DNA of 64,000 bases from Planctomycetia bacterium (GCA_037129475.1 JBAXUY010000001.1:37380-101379); one strand, 5' to 3'. Shown: positions 1 through 9,754, counted from the first letter of the stretch. Program-made: numbers and translations. The notes: a model not told the origin generated them from the sequence alone.

Positions 1-403
1 CGAATTCCTTATTCGGCCAGATCATCTGAATCTCGCTCTCGGGCACGGAGAGCGCGCGGAGCTTGTCGCACGTTTCAGGCGGTGCGACGAACGGGCCGCG
101 TCCGCCATCCGTGCGGTAGGGCCGCAGCGTCTCCGGATCCAGGTGGTCTTCGTGGCCGTGCGTCATCACGTACGCGTCCACCAGCCCAGCCAGGTCGCGC
201 GGCGCGAGCGGCGGCGGCACGAGGCGGTCGAAATTCAAGCCGGCGGCCGCGCCGACGGCCTTGCAGGCGTTGGTGAGATAGGGGTCGATGGTGATGACCT
301 TGCCGCCGGGGCTTTTCACAATCCAGCCGTTCTGGCCGAGCCACCACAGGGCGACGTGACGGGCGGGAACTTTCTGGCGCAGGATGGCTTCGCGGAGTTT
401 CAT
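1..403 (-). CDS. Metallo-beta-lactamase-fold hydrolase (UlaG-like lactonase family), 3' end cut by window edge
   Basis: Reverse translation from ATG (complement of 401-403) gives MKLREAILRQKVPARHVALWWLGQNGWIVKSPGGKVITIDPYL...VMTHGHEDHLDPETL, with the HxHxDH zinc motif. The frame stays open to position 1, so it is absent from the ORF track. Confidence 0.75.
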   Translation of the reverse strand, partial: MKLREAILRQKVPARHVALWWLGQNGWIVKSPGGKVITIDPYLTNACKAVGAAAGLNFDRLVPPPLAPRDLAGLVDAYVMTHGHEDHLDPETLRPYRTDGGRGPFVAPPETCDKLRALSVPESEIQMIWPNKEF

Positions 404-428
404 CGGCGAACTTTCCAGAGGCCGGGAA

Positions 429-1271
429 TCAGAGGCCGGGAACGTACCCCGTGCCAAACGTAGCCGTGGACTTGGTGCGGAAATCGGAAATCAGCGACAT
501 CAGCGCGGTGGTGCCGCCGTCGGCCACGATGGTCTGGCCGACGATGTAGCCCGCGCCTTCCGAGCAAAGAAACACGGCGAGCTTGGCGATTTCGGATTTC
601 TCGCCGGAGCGTCCGAGGGGAACTTTTTCAGCGGCGGCCTTGCGGGCGTCGTCCTCGTTGAAGCCGGGCAGCGCCTTGGAATAGTTTTCCACCGTGACCC
701 AGCCGGGCGCGATGGCGTTCACGCGGACACCCTTGTGGGCGATCTCGATGGCGAGCGCGCGAGTGTAGGCGTCGATGGCACCCTTGGTCGCTGCGTAGAG
801 GGCGTGCTCCGGCGCGCCGGACTGGCCGTGGATGGAGGAGATGTTGACCACCGCGCCGCCGCCGTGGGCGATCATCTCGTTCGTGACGCGCTGGGTGAGA
901 AAAAACTGTGCGCGGAGATTCACGTTGATCAGCAGATCGAACCACTCGGGCTTCATTTCGGCGAACGGCTTGTTCAGGCAGATGCCGGCATTGTTGACGA
1001 GGCAATCGATGCCGCCGAGGAAGGCGATGGCGCGATCGCCGAGGCCGATGACCTCGTCGAGCTGCGCGAAGTCGGCCTGAAAGAGCTCACAGCGGCGGCC
1101 CAGACCGCGGATCTCGTCGCGGGCGGTGACTGCGCCGTCCATGGCGTGCGAGTAGTGCAGCACCACGTCCGCGCCCTGCCGCGCGAACTCGAGCGCGATT
1201 TCGCGGCCCAGGCCCGTACCGGAGCCCGTGACGAGCACTCGCTTGCCGTGCATTTCAGCGGAAGGGGTCAT
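429..1271 (-). CDS. Short-chain dehydrogenase/reductase (SDR)
   Basis: 280 aa. VLVTGSGTGLGREIA glycine-rich NAD(P) motif, NNAG, and the YAATKGAI catalytic Y-x3-K. Start could instead be Met7 (1253). Confidence 0.9.
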   Translation of the reverse strand: MTPSAEMHGKRVLVTGSGTGLGREIALEFARQGADVVLHYSHAMDGAVTARDEIRGLGRRCELFQADFAQLDEVIGLGDRAIAFLGGIDCLVNNAGICLNKPFAEMKPEWFDLLINVNLRAQFFLTQRVTNEMIAHGGGAVVNISSIHGQSGAPEHALYAATKGAIDAYTRALAIEIAHKGVRVNAIAPGWVTVENYSKALPGFNEDDARKAAAEKVPLGRSGEKSEIAKLAVFLCSEGAGYIVGQTIVADGGTTALMSLISDFRTKSTATFGTGYVPGL

Positions 1272-1365
1272 TGAAGAATGTGGGCCGGAAGGTCGAACGT
1301 GTCCAAGACTCCCGGAGGATAGGTGGGGCAGCGGCAGTTCGGCAAGCGTCGGCCGTCTGAAAAAA

Positions 1366-1373
1366 TGTCGACA
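1366..1373. promoter_or_regulatory. TGTCGACA palindrome (site 1), divergent SDR/epimerase intergenic region
   Basis: aTGTCGACAGTTTca, between gene starts at 1271 (-) and 1472 (+). Confidence 0.5.
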
Positions 1374-1471
1374 GTTTCATTGGCCGATAAAAGGGGCCTC
1401 CCGTGCCGTTCTCCCGGGTCGCCGAAGCAGGTCGCGTGGACGGGCTGGGGGCGTGGGGTATAACGGCTCGC

Positions 1472-2410
1472 GTGAAGACCATCCTGGGTGCCGGCGGCCC
1501 GATCGCCGAAGGACTCGCCGGTGAACTCCGGTGCCGCGGCTGCCGCGACCTGCGGCTCGTGAGCCGCAACCCCCGCAAGGTCGACGCCGCGGACTCGCTG
1601 TTCGCGGCCGACCTCATGGATGCCGAGCGCACGATCGAGGCCGTGCGGGGCAGCGATACGGTGTACTTCACCGCCGGCCTGCCGCCGGTGGCGGCAATCT
1701 GGGAGCGGCAGTTCCCGGTCATCCTGGACAACGCCCTCAAGGCGACACGCAAGGCCCGGGCGAAGTTCGTCTTTTTCGACAACACCTACATGTACCCCCA
1801 GAACGGCCGGCCGCTGACCGAGGAGACGCCGTTCCTGCCGGTGGGCCGCAAGGGCCGGGTGCGCGCGGCGATGGCCTCGCGGTTGCTCGAGGAGATGGCG
1901 CGCGGCGAGATCCCGGTGCTCATCGCGCGTGCCCCGGAGTTTTACGGCCCCGGTAGGACGCGCAGCTTTACCCACGCATTCATCATCGATCCCCTCAAGG
2001 CCGGCCGGAAGCCCCGCGTGCCGGTGCGCGACGACACGCTGCGGACGCTCATCTGGACTCCCGACGCCAGCCGCGCGCTCGCGATCCTCGGTGAAGACCC
2101 GCAGGCGTACGGCCAGACCTGGCACCTGCCCTGCGACGATGCGCGGCTGACGTATCGGCAGTTCGTGGCGCTGGCTGCGGAGGTGTTCGGCCGCGAGCCC
2201 GCCTATACGGTGTTCGGGAAATGGGCGATGGCGGCCGCCGGTTTCACCTCGCGACCGCTGCGCGAGATGCGGGAGCTCCTGCCGCGATACGCCCACGACA
2301 ACGTGTTCGACTCGTCCAAGTTCAAGCGTCGCTTCCCGGACTTCGTGGTGACGACCTATCGCGACGGGCTCTTCGCCATCCGGCCAGGGCAGGACGGGGG
2401 GCTCGGTTGA
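1472..2410 (+). CDS. NAD(P)-binding epimerase/dehydratase-like (atypical SDR/NmrA-like) protein
   Basis: The ORF 1403-2410 has the Rossmann motif ILGAGGPIAEGLAGEL close to a GTG at 1472 (VKTILGAGG), which gives a typical N-terminus. ATG 1403 is the alternative start. Confidence 0.72.
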   Translation: MKTILGAGGPIAEGLAGELRCRGCRDLRLVSRNPRKVDAADSLFAADLMDAERTIEAVRGSDTVYFTAGLPPVAAIWERQFPVILDNALKATRKARAKFVFFDNTYMYPQNGRPLTEETPFLPVGRKGRVRAAMASRLLEEMARGEIPVLIARAPEFYGPGRTRSFTHAFIIDPLKAGRKPRVPVRDDTLRTLIWTPDASRALAILGEDPQAYGQTWHLPCDDARLTYRQFVALAAEVFGREPAYTVFGKWAMAAAGFTSRPLREMRELLPRYAHDNVFDSSKFKRRFPDFVVTTYRDGLFAIRPGQDGGLG

Positions 2411-2461
2411 TCAAGCGCGTCGCGAACCGGAGGCTGAACCGCCCCCACCTGAAATGCCGAC

Positions 2462-2469
2462 TGTCGACA
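2462..2469. promoter_or_regulatory. TGTCGACA palindrome (site 2), upstream of P450
   Basis: cTGTCGACAtatttg, about 120 nt upstream of ATG 2587. TAGACT lies 17 nt downstream of the TCGACA. Confidence 0.5.
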
Positions 2470-2586
2470 TATTTGTGACCGCGACGTAGACTGCGGATCC
2501 GGGTCAGGCCACGGGGCCGCCACGACATCGAGAGGACACGTTTTCTGGGCCCGCCGATTTCGCGGTGGGGATGAATTGGAGGCGCC

Positions 2587-3825
2587 ATGAATCATTCTCA
2601 AGCGATCCCCGACGTGGAGAAGGAACTCGTGTCGCATGAGTTCCTCCGCGATCCGTATCCGCTCCTGCATCACCTCCGAGAGCATGCTCCCGTGTACTGG
2701 AGCGATGCGATCGGCGGCTGGCTGCTGACGCGATACGACGACGTGATGGTGTCGCTCAAGGACACCGCCACCTTCTCCAACGAGAACCGGCTTGGGAAGG
2801 CCGTGGAATACCTCCCTCCGGAGCGGCGGGCCAAGTTCAAGCTGTTCGAGGAGCACTACGCCACCAAGGGCTTGCTGCACTCGGATCCGCCGGACCACAC
2901 CCGCATGCGGGCCGTGATCAACAAGGACTTCACGCCCAGCGTCATCGAGCAGATGCGGCCGGCCATCCAGAAAATCGTGGACGACCTGATCGACGAGGCG
3001 GAACGCCAGGGTGGCATGGACGCGGTGACCGACTTCGCCGCCGCATTGCCGATCGGCGTGATCGCGGAGATCCTCGGCGTGCCCCGATCGGATCGGCATC
3101 TGTTCAAGCGTTGGACCGACATGATCCTCGGCTTTCAGGGCGTGAACAAGCCGAGCGAGGAGGATCTGCTGCGGGCCCAGACCGGCCTGCAGGAGATCCG
3201 CCCCTATCTCCAATCGATGATCGAAGAGCGGCGCCGCCAGCCCCGCGCCGACCTCATGAGCAAGTTCGTGGCCGCCATTTCGGAAGGGGGCCGCATGACG
3301 GAGTCGGAGCTGATCAACACCTGTGTCACGCTGTTCACGGCCGGCCACGAGACGACGCTGTCGCTCATCTCGAGCACGATCTGCACGCTGCTCACCCATC
3401 CCGACCAGCTTGCGCTCCTGCGCGAGCAGCCCGATCTGCTCAAGTCGACGATCGAGGAGTCGCTGCGCTATGAGAGCCCCGTGTCGCGTCAGACGCGTCT
3501 GATGAAGAAAGACACAGAGATGCGAGGGCAGACGCTCCGACAAGGTCAGATCGTATTTCAGATGCTCAATGCCGCGAATCGCGATCCCGAGCAGTTCCCG
3601 GATCCCGACACCTTCTCCATCGCCCGCGAGCCCAACCGCCACATCGCATTCGGCCACGCCGCGCACTTCTGCGTGGGGGCGCCTCTTGCGCGGACGGAAG
3701 GATTCATCGCGGTCGGCACCCTCGTGCAGCGGCTGCCGGGCCTGAAGTTGGTGGACACGACGCCCGACTGGGATCTTGAGAAGCGCAACTCACGGGTGCT
3801 CAACTCGCTGCGAGTGTCTCTGTGA
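2587..3825 (+). CDS. Cytochrome P450
   Basis: 412 aa. I-helix AGHETT, ExxR (ESLRY), and the heme-thiolate loop FGHAAHFCVGAPLAR. Confidence 0.92.
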   Translation: MNHSQAIPDVEKELVSHEFLRDPYPLLHHLREHAPVYWSDAIGGWLLTRYDDVMVSLKDTATFSNENRLGKAVEYLPPERRAKFKLFEEHYATKGLLHSDPPDHTRMRAVINKDFTPSVIEQMRPAIQKIVDDLIDEAERQGGMDAVTDFAAALPIGVIAEILGVPRSDRHLFKRWTDMILGFQGVNKPSEEDLLRAQTGLQEIRPYLQSMIEERRRQPRADLMSKFVAAISEGGRMTESELINTCVTLFTAGHETTLSLISSTICTLLTHPDQLALLREQPDLLKSTIEESLRYESPVSRQTRLMKKDTEMRGQTLRQGQIVFQMLNAANRDPEQFPDPDTFSIAREPNRHIAFGHAAHFCVGAPLARTEGFIAVGTLVQRLPGLKLVDTTPDWDLEKRNSRVLNSLRVSL

Positions 3826-3864
3826 GGCAGCCGGCCTCCTTCCGCCACGACAGGTGACCGCCCG

Positions 3865-5979
3865 ATGCTCGGTGGACGAAACTCGCGACGCTGGGCCGCA
3901 GCGCTGCTGGTCGCCGCTGCCGGGGTCGCGTCACGCGGCGCCGACGCCGGTCAGCAGTGGGAATCGATTGAACACTGGAAAGAGACGTTTCTCGAAGGTC
4001 GGACGGCGCGCCTTCCCGTCAGTTTTCAGTATCGGGGGCAGTCGTCCCGCGACGTGCTCCCGCACTGGACGCGCACGGCGGAGGTGCGCGACACGGACGA
4101 CGGCCGCCGGCTGGCGCGACTCACATTCGTCGATCCGGCGACCGCGCTCGAAGTACGCGTCGAGGCTGTCGTCTACCGAGATTTTCCCGCCGTTGAATGG
4201 GTCGTGTGGTTCCGTAACGGCGGCTCACGACCCACCCCGCTCCTCGAGGATGTGCGGGCCCTCGATGCGGAAGTAGCTACGTTGGCCGACGCGGATCCGG
4301 CCCTCGACCTTCACTACTGCCGGGGCACGAACGTGAATGCCGAGCACCTCCCCGGCCCGGAGGAGTTCCAGCCCGCGTGGTCCGTCGTGCGGCCCGGCGA
4401 GCGGCGACGCTACGTGCCCTACGGCGGCCGGCCCTCCGACACGGTGCTGCCGTTTTTCAGCCTCGCGTCGTCCGGCGGCGAACGCGGCCTGTTCGTCGGG
4501 ATCGGTTGGACGGGGGAGTGGGCGGCGACGTTCACACGGAGCGACGCCGGAGCCACTGCGCTCGTCGCAGGAATCCGGCAGATGCGGGCCAGCCTCGAGC
4601 CCGGCGAGGAAATCCGGACGCCGGCGATTCTCGTGATGAGCTGGCGCGGCGACCGCGTGGCCGACGGGCAGAACCAACTCCGACGCCTGCTCTTGCACCA
4701 CTACACTCCGCGTCACGCCGGCAAGCCGGTCGTGCCGCCGATTTCCGCCGGCCCGCATGCCGTCATCTCCTTCGAGCAGACGTCGGAGGCGAACCTGCTC
4801 GAGTGCATCGAGCACATCTCGGCGCACCGCCTGCCGGTCGACAACTTCTGGCTCGACGCGGGCTGGTACACGTGTCCGCGGGAGCCGAGCGGATGGGACA
4901 AGACGACCGGATCGTGGACCCCGGATCCGACGCGGTTTCCGCGCGGGTTGCGGCCGATCGCCGACGCCGCGAAGCGGCACGGCATGGATTTTCTTGTGTG
5001 GTTCGAGCCGGAGCGGGTGATGCCGGGCACATGGCTGGCGGAGCACCATCCGGAGTGGCTGCTCGAGCCCGCCCCCTTGCTTCCGGAGCGGCGGTACCAG
5101 GTGGACGGCAGGTTCCGACTGCTCGATTTCGGGAATCCCGCGGCGCTCTCCTGGGCGAAGAGCTACTTCTCCCAGTTCGTCCGCGAGCAGGGGGTGAGCA
5201 TCTTCCGCATGGACTGCAATCTACATCCCGTGCTGTATTGGCAGAACGACGAACCACCAGACCGGATCGGCATGCGGGAAACGCGTCACGTGATGGGTCT
5301 CTACGAGTTCTGGGACGCGCTCGCGGCGGCCAATCCGGGGCTGAAACTCGACGTCTGCGCAGGCACCGGCAGCCGCATCGACTTCGAGGTCATGCGCCGT
5401 GCCATGAATCTGACGCGCACCGATGGCGCGTGGTGGAAGCCCGTGCCCGATCAGGCCAAGACCATCGGCCATGCGCCGTGGACGCCGTACACCGGCATCG
5501 GCGCGGTGTCCGATGCGGACTACGATTTCCGGAGCGGCATGGGGGCGGTGTTCTGCGCAAATTTCAACTACCTCGGCGACGACGAAGCCGCGTGGGGGCG
5601 TTGGAAAACACTGCTGTCGACGGTCGACGCGCTCCGCGAGGTCTACCGCGGGGATTTTTATCCGCTCACGGAGTGGAGCCTGGCCGAGGAGGACGTCGCG
5701 GCGTGGCAATACCACCGGCCCGATTTGCACAAGGCCCTGGTGCAGGTGTTCCGCCGGAGCCGGGCGGAGATGCCTGCGGAGGGCTATCGGTTCCGCCTCG
5801 CAGGCCTCGACCCGAAGGCGACCTATGCGGTGCGGGATCTCGACGCACCGACGGAAACGAAGCGGCTCTCCGGCGCCGAGCTGATGACGAACGGCCTGCT
5901 CGTCACCCTGCCGCACAAACCGCAGGCGGCGCTGCTGATCCTGGAAGAGGTCGGGCGAGACTCCCGACCAGAAGAGTAG
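3865..5979 (+). CDS. Secreted glycoside hydrolase, GH36-like (alpha-galactosidase family)
   Basis: 704 aa with an N-terminal signal-like AAALLVAAAGVASRGADA. Motifs FWLDAGWY, RFPRGLRPIADAAKRHGMDFLVWFEPERV, IFRMDCN and DVCAGTGSRIDFE resemble the GH36 catalytic (beta/alpha)8 core. Family assigned from memory, not searched. Confidence 0.78.
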   Translation: MLGGRNSRRWAAALLVAAAGVASRGADAGQQWESIEHWKETFLEGRTARLPVSFQYRGQSSRDVLPHWTRTAEVRDTDDGRRLARLTFVDPATALEVRVEAVVYRDFPAVEWVVWFRNGGSRPTPLLEDVRALDAEVATLADADPALDLHYCRGTNVNAEHLPGPEEFQPAWSVVRPGERRRYVPYGGRPSDTVLPFFSLASSGGERGLFVGIGWTGEWAATFTRSDAGATALVAGIRQMRASLEPGEEIRTPAILVMSWRGDRVADGQNQLRRLLLHHYTPRHAGKPVVPPISAGPHAVISFEQTSEANLLECIEHISAHRLPVDNFWLDAGWYTCPREPSGWDKTTGSWTPDPTRFPRGLRPIADAAKRHGMDFLVWFEPERVMPGTWLAEHHPEWLLEPAPLLPERRYQVDGRFRLLDFGNPAALSWAKSYFSQFVREQGVSIFRMDCNLHPVLYWQNDEPPDRIGMRETRHVMGLYEFWDALAAANPGLKLDVCAGTGSRIDFEVMRRAMNLTRTDGAWWKPVPDQAKTIGHAPWTPYTGIGAVSDADYDFRSGMGAVFCANFNYLGDDEAAWGRWKTLLSTVDALREVYRGDFYPLTEWSLAEEDVAAWQYHRPDLHKALVQVFRRSRAEMPAEGYRFRLAGLDPKATYAVRDLDAPTETKRLSGAELMTNGLLVTLPHKPQAALLILEEVGRDSRPEE

Positions 5980-6067
5980 AAACCCATCGAATCAACGGCG
6001 CCGTCGCCGGACGCGACGGACGCTATGCTCACGTGTGCGTGTTCGATCTCAAGAAAAGGGGGCCGTC

Positions 6068-6967
6068 ATGAAAATCTCCGGATGTCTCAACCGACTCACC
6101 CGAAGCGGTCTAGCGACCAGGCTCGTTTCCAGCATGCGATTGCCGGTGGTGCTCGCCGTGGCCGTGCTGGCTCAATCCGTCGTGGCCGGCGGTGCTGAGA
6201 ACGTGTGGAATGCCTACCAGGACTTTTACCTGGATCCGACGGCTACCGGGTGGCAGGGAGCCGTCTCGCCGTCGAACACGGGAGCCGCGTGGGGTTACTA
6301 TGCGGCGAACGTCAACGGCTATGGCGGATATCCGCGGACGATCGGCGCTTATTTTGCCCCCGGCGCGTTCAGCGCCGACAAGCCCGAGCAAAACCTCTGC
6401 GCCTACTCACCGTCGCACCAGCCACTCGGTCAGGGGAACGCGGTGGTCGGCACCACCAAGTGGGACGACACGAAAGGCACCGGCTTTCCGCGCTACGCCG
6501 ACGACAAAGGCTGGGGTTCGAGCCTCGGCCGGTATGACCTGCCGTGGTTCCCGGCCGCGCCCGGCTATGCCGCGGAAGGCCCCCAGCCACGCGAGAATCG
6601 CATCTGGTTGCAGGCCGGATACCTGCAGAACACTGGCGAGGACGGCAAGCCTTCCGCCGAGGGCATTTGTCCGGTGCTCGTCTGGAAGGCGCCGATGGCG
6701 GGAACCTTCGCCATCACCGGATCATTCCTGATCGGCCGCAACGGCGAGCCGAAGACGAACGGGGCGTCGATCGCGATCGTGGACAGCAAGGGCGACGCGT
6801 TGATGAAAAGAACCAGCGTCGAACAGGGCAAGTCCTACGAGTTCCGGTATTCCAAAAAGTACGAGGAGGGTGACGTCCTGCAGTTTCAGGTCGGCACCGA
6901 CTACAAGACCGGCACGCCGGTGGGTCTCGACGTCACGATTTCCGCTTCCGCGGAGACGGCACCGTGA
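6068..6967 (+). CDS. Secreted protein of unknown function (paralog of 20609-21475)
   Basis: ATG 6068 is preceded by AAAAGGGGG. Signal peptide LPVVLAVAVLAQSVVAGGA. Full-length similarity to the PEP-CTERM protein at 20609-21475 (WNAYQDFYLDPTATGWQGAVSPSNTGAAWGYY vs WNAFNDFYLSPTATGWTGATSPSSTGAAWGYY; GDVLQFQVG vs GDVVQFQVG). Confidence 0.7.
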   Translation: MKISGCLNRLTRSGLATRLVSSMRLPVVLAVAVLAQSVVAGGAENVWNAYQDFYLDPTATGWQGAVSPSNTGAAWGYYAANVNGYGGYPRTIGAYFAPGAFSADKPEQNLCAYSPSHQPLGQGNAVVGTTKWDDTKGTGFPRYADDKGWGSSLGRYDLPWFPAAPGYAAEGPQPRENRIWLQAGYLQNTGEDGKPSAEGICPVLVWKAPMAGTFAITGSFLIGRNGEPKTNGASIAIVDSKGDALMKRTSVEQGKSYEFRYSKKYEEGDVLQFQVGTDYKTGTPVGLDVTISASAETAP

Positions 6968-7015
6968 CGGCCGGAACACACCTCGTTGCGATTCGCGATG
7001 CACTGGGGTCGTGAC

Positions 7016-9754
7016 ATGACTGCACGGGTCGCCGCAGTGCTCGCCGTCGTAGCCGTGGTTTCCGCGGGCTCGGTCCGCGCGGCGGATCCGCAGGTGCGCA
7101 CGGTGAACATCCAGTTCGCGGGCCGCGGCGGAACGCCGCAGGGCGCGGAGGATCCGCCGCCGCCGGCGTACCAGGGCAGGGGTGTCGTCGGGGAGGGCAC
7201 GTTCTGGAATGTGGTCTCGGCGAATTCCCTCAAGCCTCCGCTCGTTCTCGATCCCGTCTCGGGATTCACCGCCGACGAGGGAAACATTCCGGTCGCGCTC
7301 GAACTGGATCACCGTGGCTGGACGGGCGCGGACCACTTTCCGCCCGAGCAGGGGGCGCCGCTCGAGCATCCGCTGCTCAACTCGTATCTCGTGGCCCAGG
7401 GGAAGCCCGCCCGTCTCGTGCTTTCCCGGCTGATCCCGGGCGAACGCTACCGGATCGTCGTCTTCGCCTCCAACTCCCGAGGCGGGGCCGGTGCCCGGAT
7501 CCAGCCCCGGGGCGGACAACGCGCCGACGCGACCGGCGCCGCAACGTCGCCGTTTCCCGTGCGGGGCGAAGACTACGTGGAGTTCGACGCCGTCGCGGCC
7601 GACGCCTCCGGCGACGTCACGCTCGACGTCCTGCCCGGTGAAGGGGCGGCGGTGGTCAACGGCCTGCAAATCCACGGCCCCTTCCACGAGGCCCCGCAGA
7701 CGGCGTCCTCCGCTCCGTCGATTCGAGACTGGTCCGCCGCGTGGCTGCCCGAACCCGAACACGAAACGGTCCGTGGCAAGCTTCCCTTCAGTTTCTCGTA
7801 CGGTGGAAAGTCCTTTCGGGAACTCGCCCCCACGTGGACGTTCACCGCGAAAAAGATCTCCGCACACGAGACCGTGTCGACGTGGCGTGATCCCGACACC
7901 GGACTGGTGGTCGAGCTGCGCGCCAAGACATTCGCGGATTTTCCTGTGGTGGAGTGGGTCGCGACCCTCTCGAATCAGGGCGACCGGCCGACCCCTGTCA
8001 TCTCCCATCTCAAGGGGCTCGACAGCCAGTTCCTCGGCGAGCCGAAGCACGGCTACACGCTGCATCACAACCTCGGCAGCAGGACGTTGGTCGACGACTT
8101 CGCGCCGAAGCGCACCGTGCTCGAGCCGGACGCCGCCGTGACGATCTCCACCGCGGGCGGCCGTCCGGCCATGGCGAACCTCCCCTTCTTCAACGTCTCC
8201 TGGAAGAGCGGCGGAGCCATCGTCGCCGTGGGTTGGCCCGGCCAGTGGGAGGCGGTCTTTTCGCGGAAGGAGTCCGGCACCCGCCTGGGCATCACGGCTG
8301 GCCAGGAGAGCCTCGAAACGTCGCTCCGTCCACGGGAAACGATTCGCACGCCGCGCATGGCGCTGCTCATCTACGAGGGCGACTTCATCGCCGGGCAGAA
8401 CCTGTGGCGGCGCTGGGCCATCGCCCATCTGATTCCGCGCGTCGGCGGGCGGCCGGTCGGCCCGATCTTCGCGGCCACCACCTCCCATCAGACCCGCGAG
8501 ATGGAGCTTGCGACGACGCGAAATCAGAAGGAATACATCGACGGCTGGATCGCCCACGACATCAAGCCCGACTTTTGGTGGATGGACGCCGGGTGGTACG
8601 AAGGGGACGGGTCGTGGGTCTCCACCGGAACGTGGTCGGTCGACAAAAAACGCTTTCCCGGCGGCCTTGGAGAGATCTCCGGCCACGCGCGCTCGCTCGG
8701 CATCGGCTCGATCCTGTGGTTCGAGCCCGAGCGCGTCTGCCCAGGAAGCGAGCTGTTCCGGACCAAGCCGGAGTGGCTGTTGGCCCCGGTGAATCTGCCC
8801 CCGGAACTGCTCTACCAAAAAGACCGGGACTGGAGGCTGCTCGATCTCGGGAATCCGGAGGCCCGGGCCTGGATCACCGAGCGCGTGAGCGGCCTGCTCG
8901 CCAGCGAGAAGATCGATTGCTATCGGCAGGATTTCAACATGGATCCGCTCTACTACTGGCGCTCGGTCGACGAGCCCGGGCGGACGGGCATCGCCGAAAA
9001 TCTCCACGTGCAGGGCTACCTCCGCTTCTGGGACGACCTCGAGCAGCGGCATCCCGGGTTGCTGATTGACAGCTGCGCCAGCGGCGGCCGTCGCAACGAC
9101 CTCGAGGCCCTCAGCCGCGCGGTTCCGTTCCTGCGGAGCGACTACGTGTTCGAGCCGACCGGGCTGCAGGGGCAGACCTACGGCCTCTCGTTCTGGTTGC
9201 CCTACGCCGGCACTGGGGTCGCTGACGCCGTCTCCCTGCGGGCGTCGAAGATCGCCGCCAGCGGGCATTATCTGCCGCCCCCCGGCCCCGCGGACCGCAT
9301 CTGGACCGACTACCTGTTCCGCAGCCAGATGGCCAGCGCCCTCGTGTCGGGCATCGACTCGCTGAACGAGCACGTGGACTTCGATCGCCTGCGCGTGCTC
9401 TTCGCGCAGTGGCGGCGCGTTGCGACGAACTACTCCGGCGACTACTACCCGTTGACCGGGTACTCCACGGGCAATGATTGCTGGATGGCGTTTCAGTTCG
9501 ACCGGCCGGAGGATGGCGCAGGGATGGTGCAGGCTTTCCGGCGGCCCGAATCCCCGTACACCGCCGTGGTTCTGCCGCTCCGCGGTCTCGACAAGGACGC
9601 GCAGTACGTCGTGCGCGACATCGACCGGGACGAGCCCCGGACGTTCGCGGGTGCGGAACTCCTCGAGACCGGCCTCCCGGTGGAGATCGCCACGAAACCC
9701 GGCGCCGTCATCATCACCTACGAAAAAACAGTTCCCGCAGGGCAGGGCCGCTGA
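7016..9754 (+). CDS. Secreted GH36-like glycoside hydrolase with about 210-aa extra N-terminal beta-sandwich-like domain
   Basis: Signal peptide MTARVAAVLAVVAVVSAGSVRA. Core motifs FWWMDAGWY, KRFPGGLGEISGHARSLGIGSILWFEPERV, CYRQDFNMDP and DSCASGGRRNDLE. Paralogous to 3865-5979 from residue about 240 onward. ATG 6986 is an alternative start. Confidence 0.8.
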   Translation: MTARVAAVLAVVAVVSAGSVRAADPQVRTVNIQFAGRGGTPQGAEDPPPPAYQGRGVVGEGTFWNVVSANSLKPPLVLDPVSGFTADEGNIPVALELDHRGWTGADHFPPEQGAPLEHPLLNSYLVAQGKPARLVLSRLIPGERYRIVVFASNSRGGAGARIQPRGGQRADATGAATSPFPVRGEDYVEFDAVAADASGDVTLDVLPGEGAAVVNGLQIHGPFHEAPQTASSAPSIRDWSAAWLPEPEHETVRGKLPFSFSYGGKSFRELAPTWTFTAKKISAHETVSTWRDPDTGLVVELRAKTFADFPVVEWVATLSNQGDRPTPVISHLKGLDSQFLGEPKHGYTLHHNLGSRTLVDDFAPKRTVLEPDAAVTISTAGGRPAMANLPFFNVSWKSGGAIVAVGWPGQWEAVFSRKESGTRLGITAGQESLETSLRPRETIRTPRMALLIYEGDFIAGQNLWRRWAIAHLIPRVGGRPVGPIFAATTSHQTREMELATTRNQKEYIDGWIAHDIKPDFWWMDAGWYEGDGSWVSTGTWSVDKKRFPGGLGEISGHARSLGIGSILWFEPERVCPGSELFRTKPEWLLAPVNLPPELLYQKDRDWRLLDLGNPEARAWITERVSGLLASEKIDCYRQDFNMDPLYYWRSVDEPGRTGIAENLHVQGYLRFWDDLEQRHPGLLIDSCASGGRRNDLEALSRAVPFLRSDYVFEPTGLQGQTYGLSFWLPYAGTGVADAVSLRASKIAASGHYLPPPGPADRIWTDYLFRSQMASALVSGIDSLNEHVDFDRLRVLFAQWRRVATNYSGDYYPLTGYSTGNDCWMAFQFDRPEDGAGMVQAFRRPESPYTAVVLPLRGLDKDAQYVVRDIDRDEPRTFAGAELLETGLPVEIATKPGAVIITYEKTVPAGQGR

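Noticed and set aside
6722-9373. 883-aa minus-strand ORF covering the second GH36-like gene
   Set aside because: It is antisense to a gene with clear family motifs and a signal peptide. Its translation is Arg/Gly/Ala/Pro-rich with no recognisable motif, which is typical of a stop-free antisense frame in high-GC DNA.
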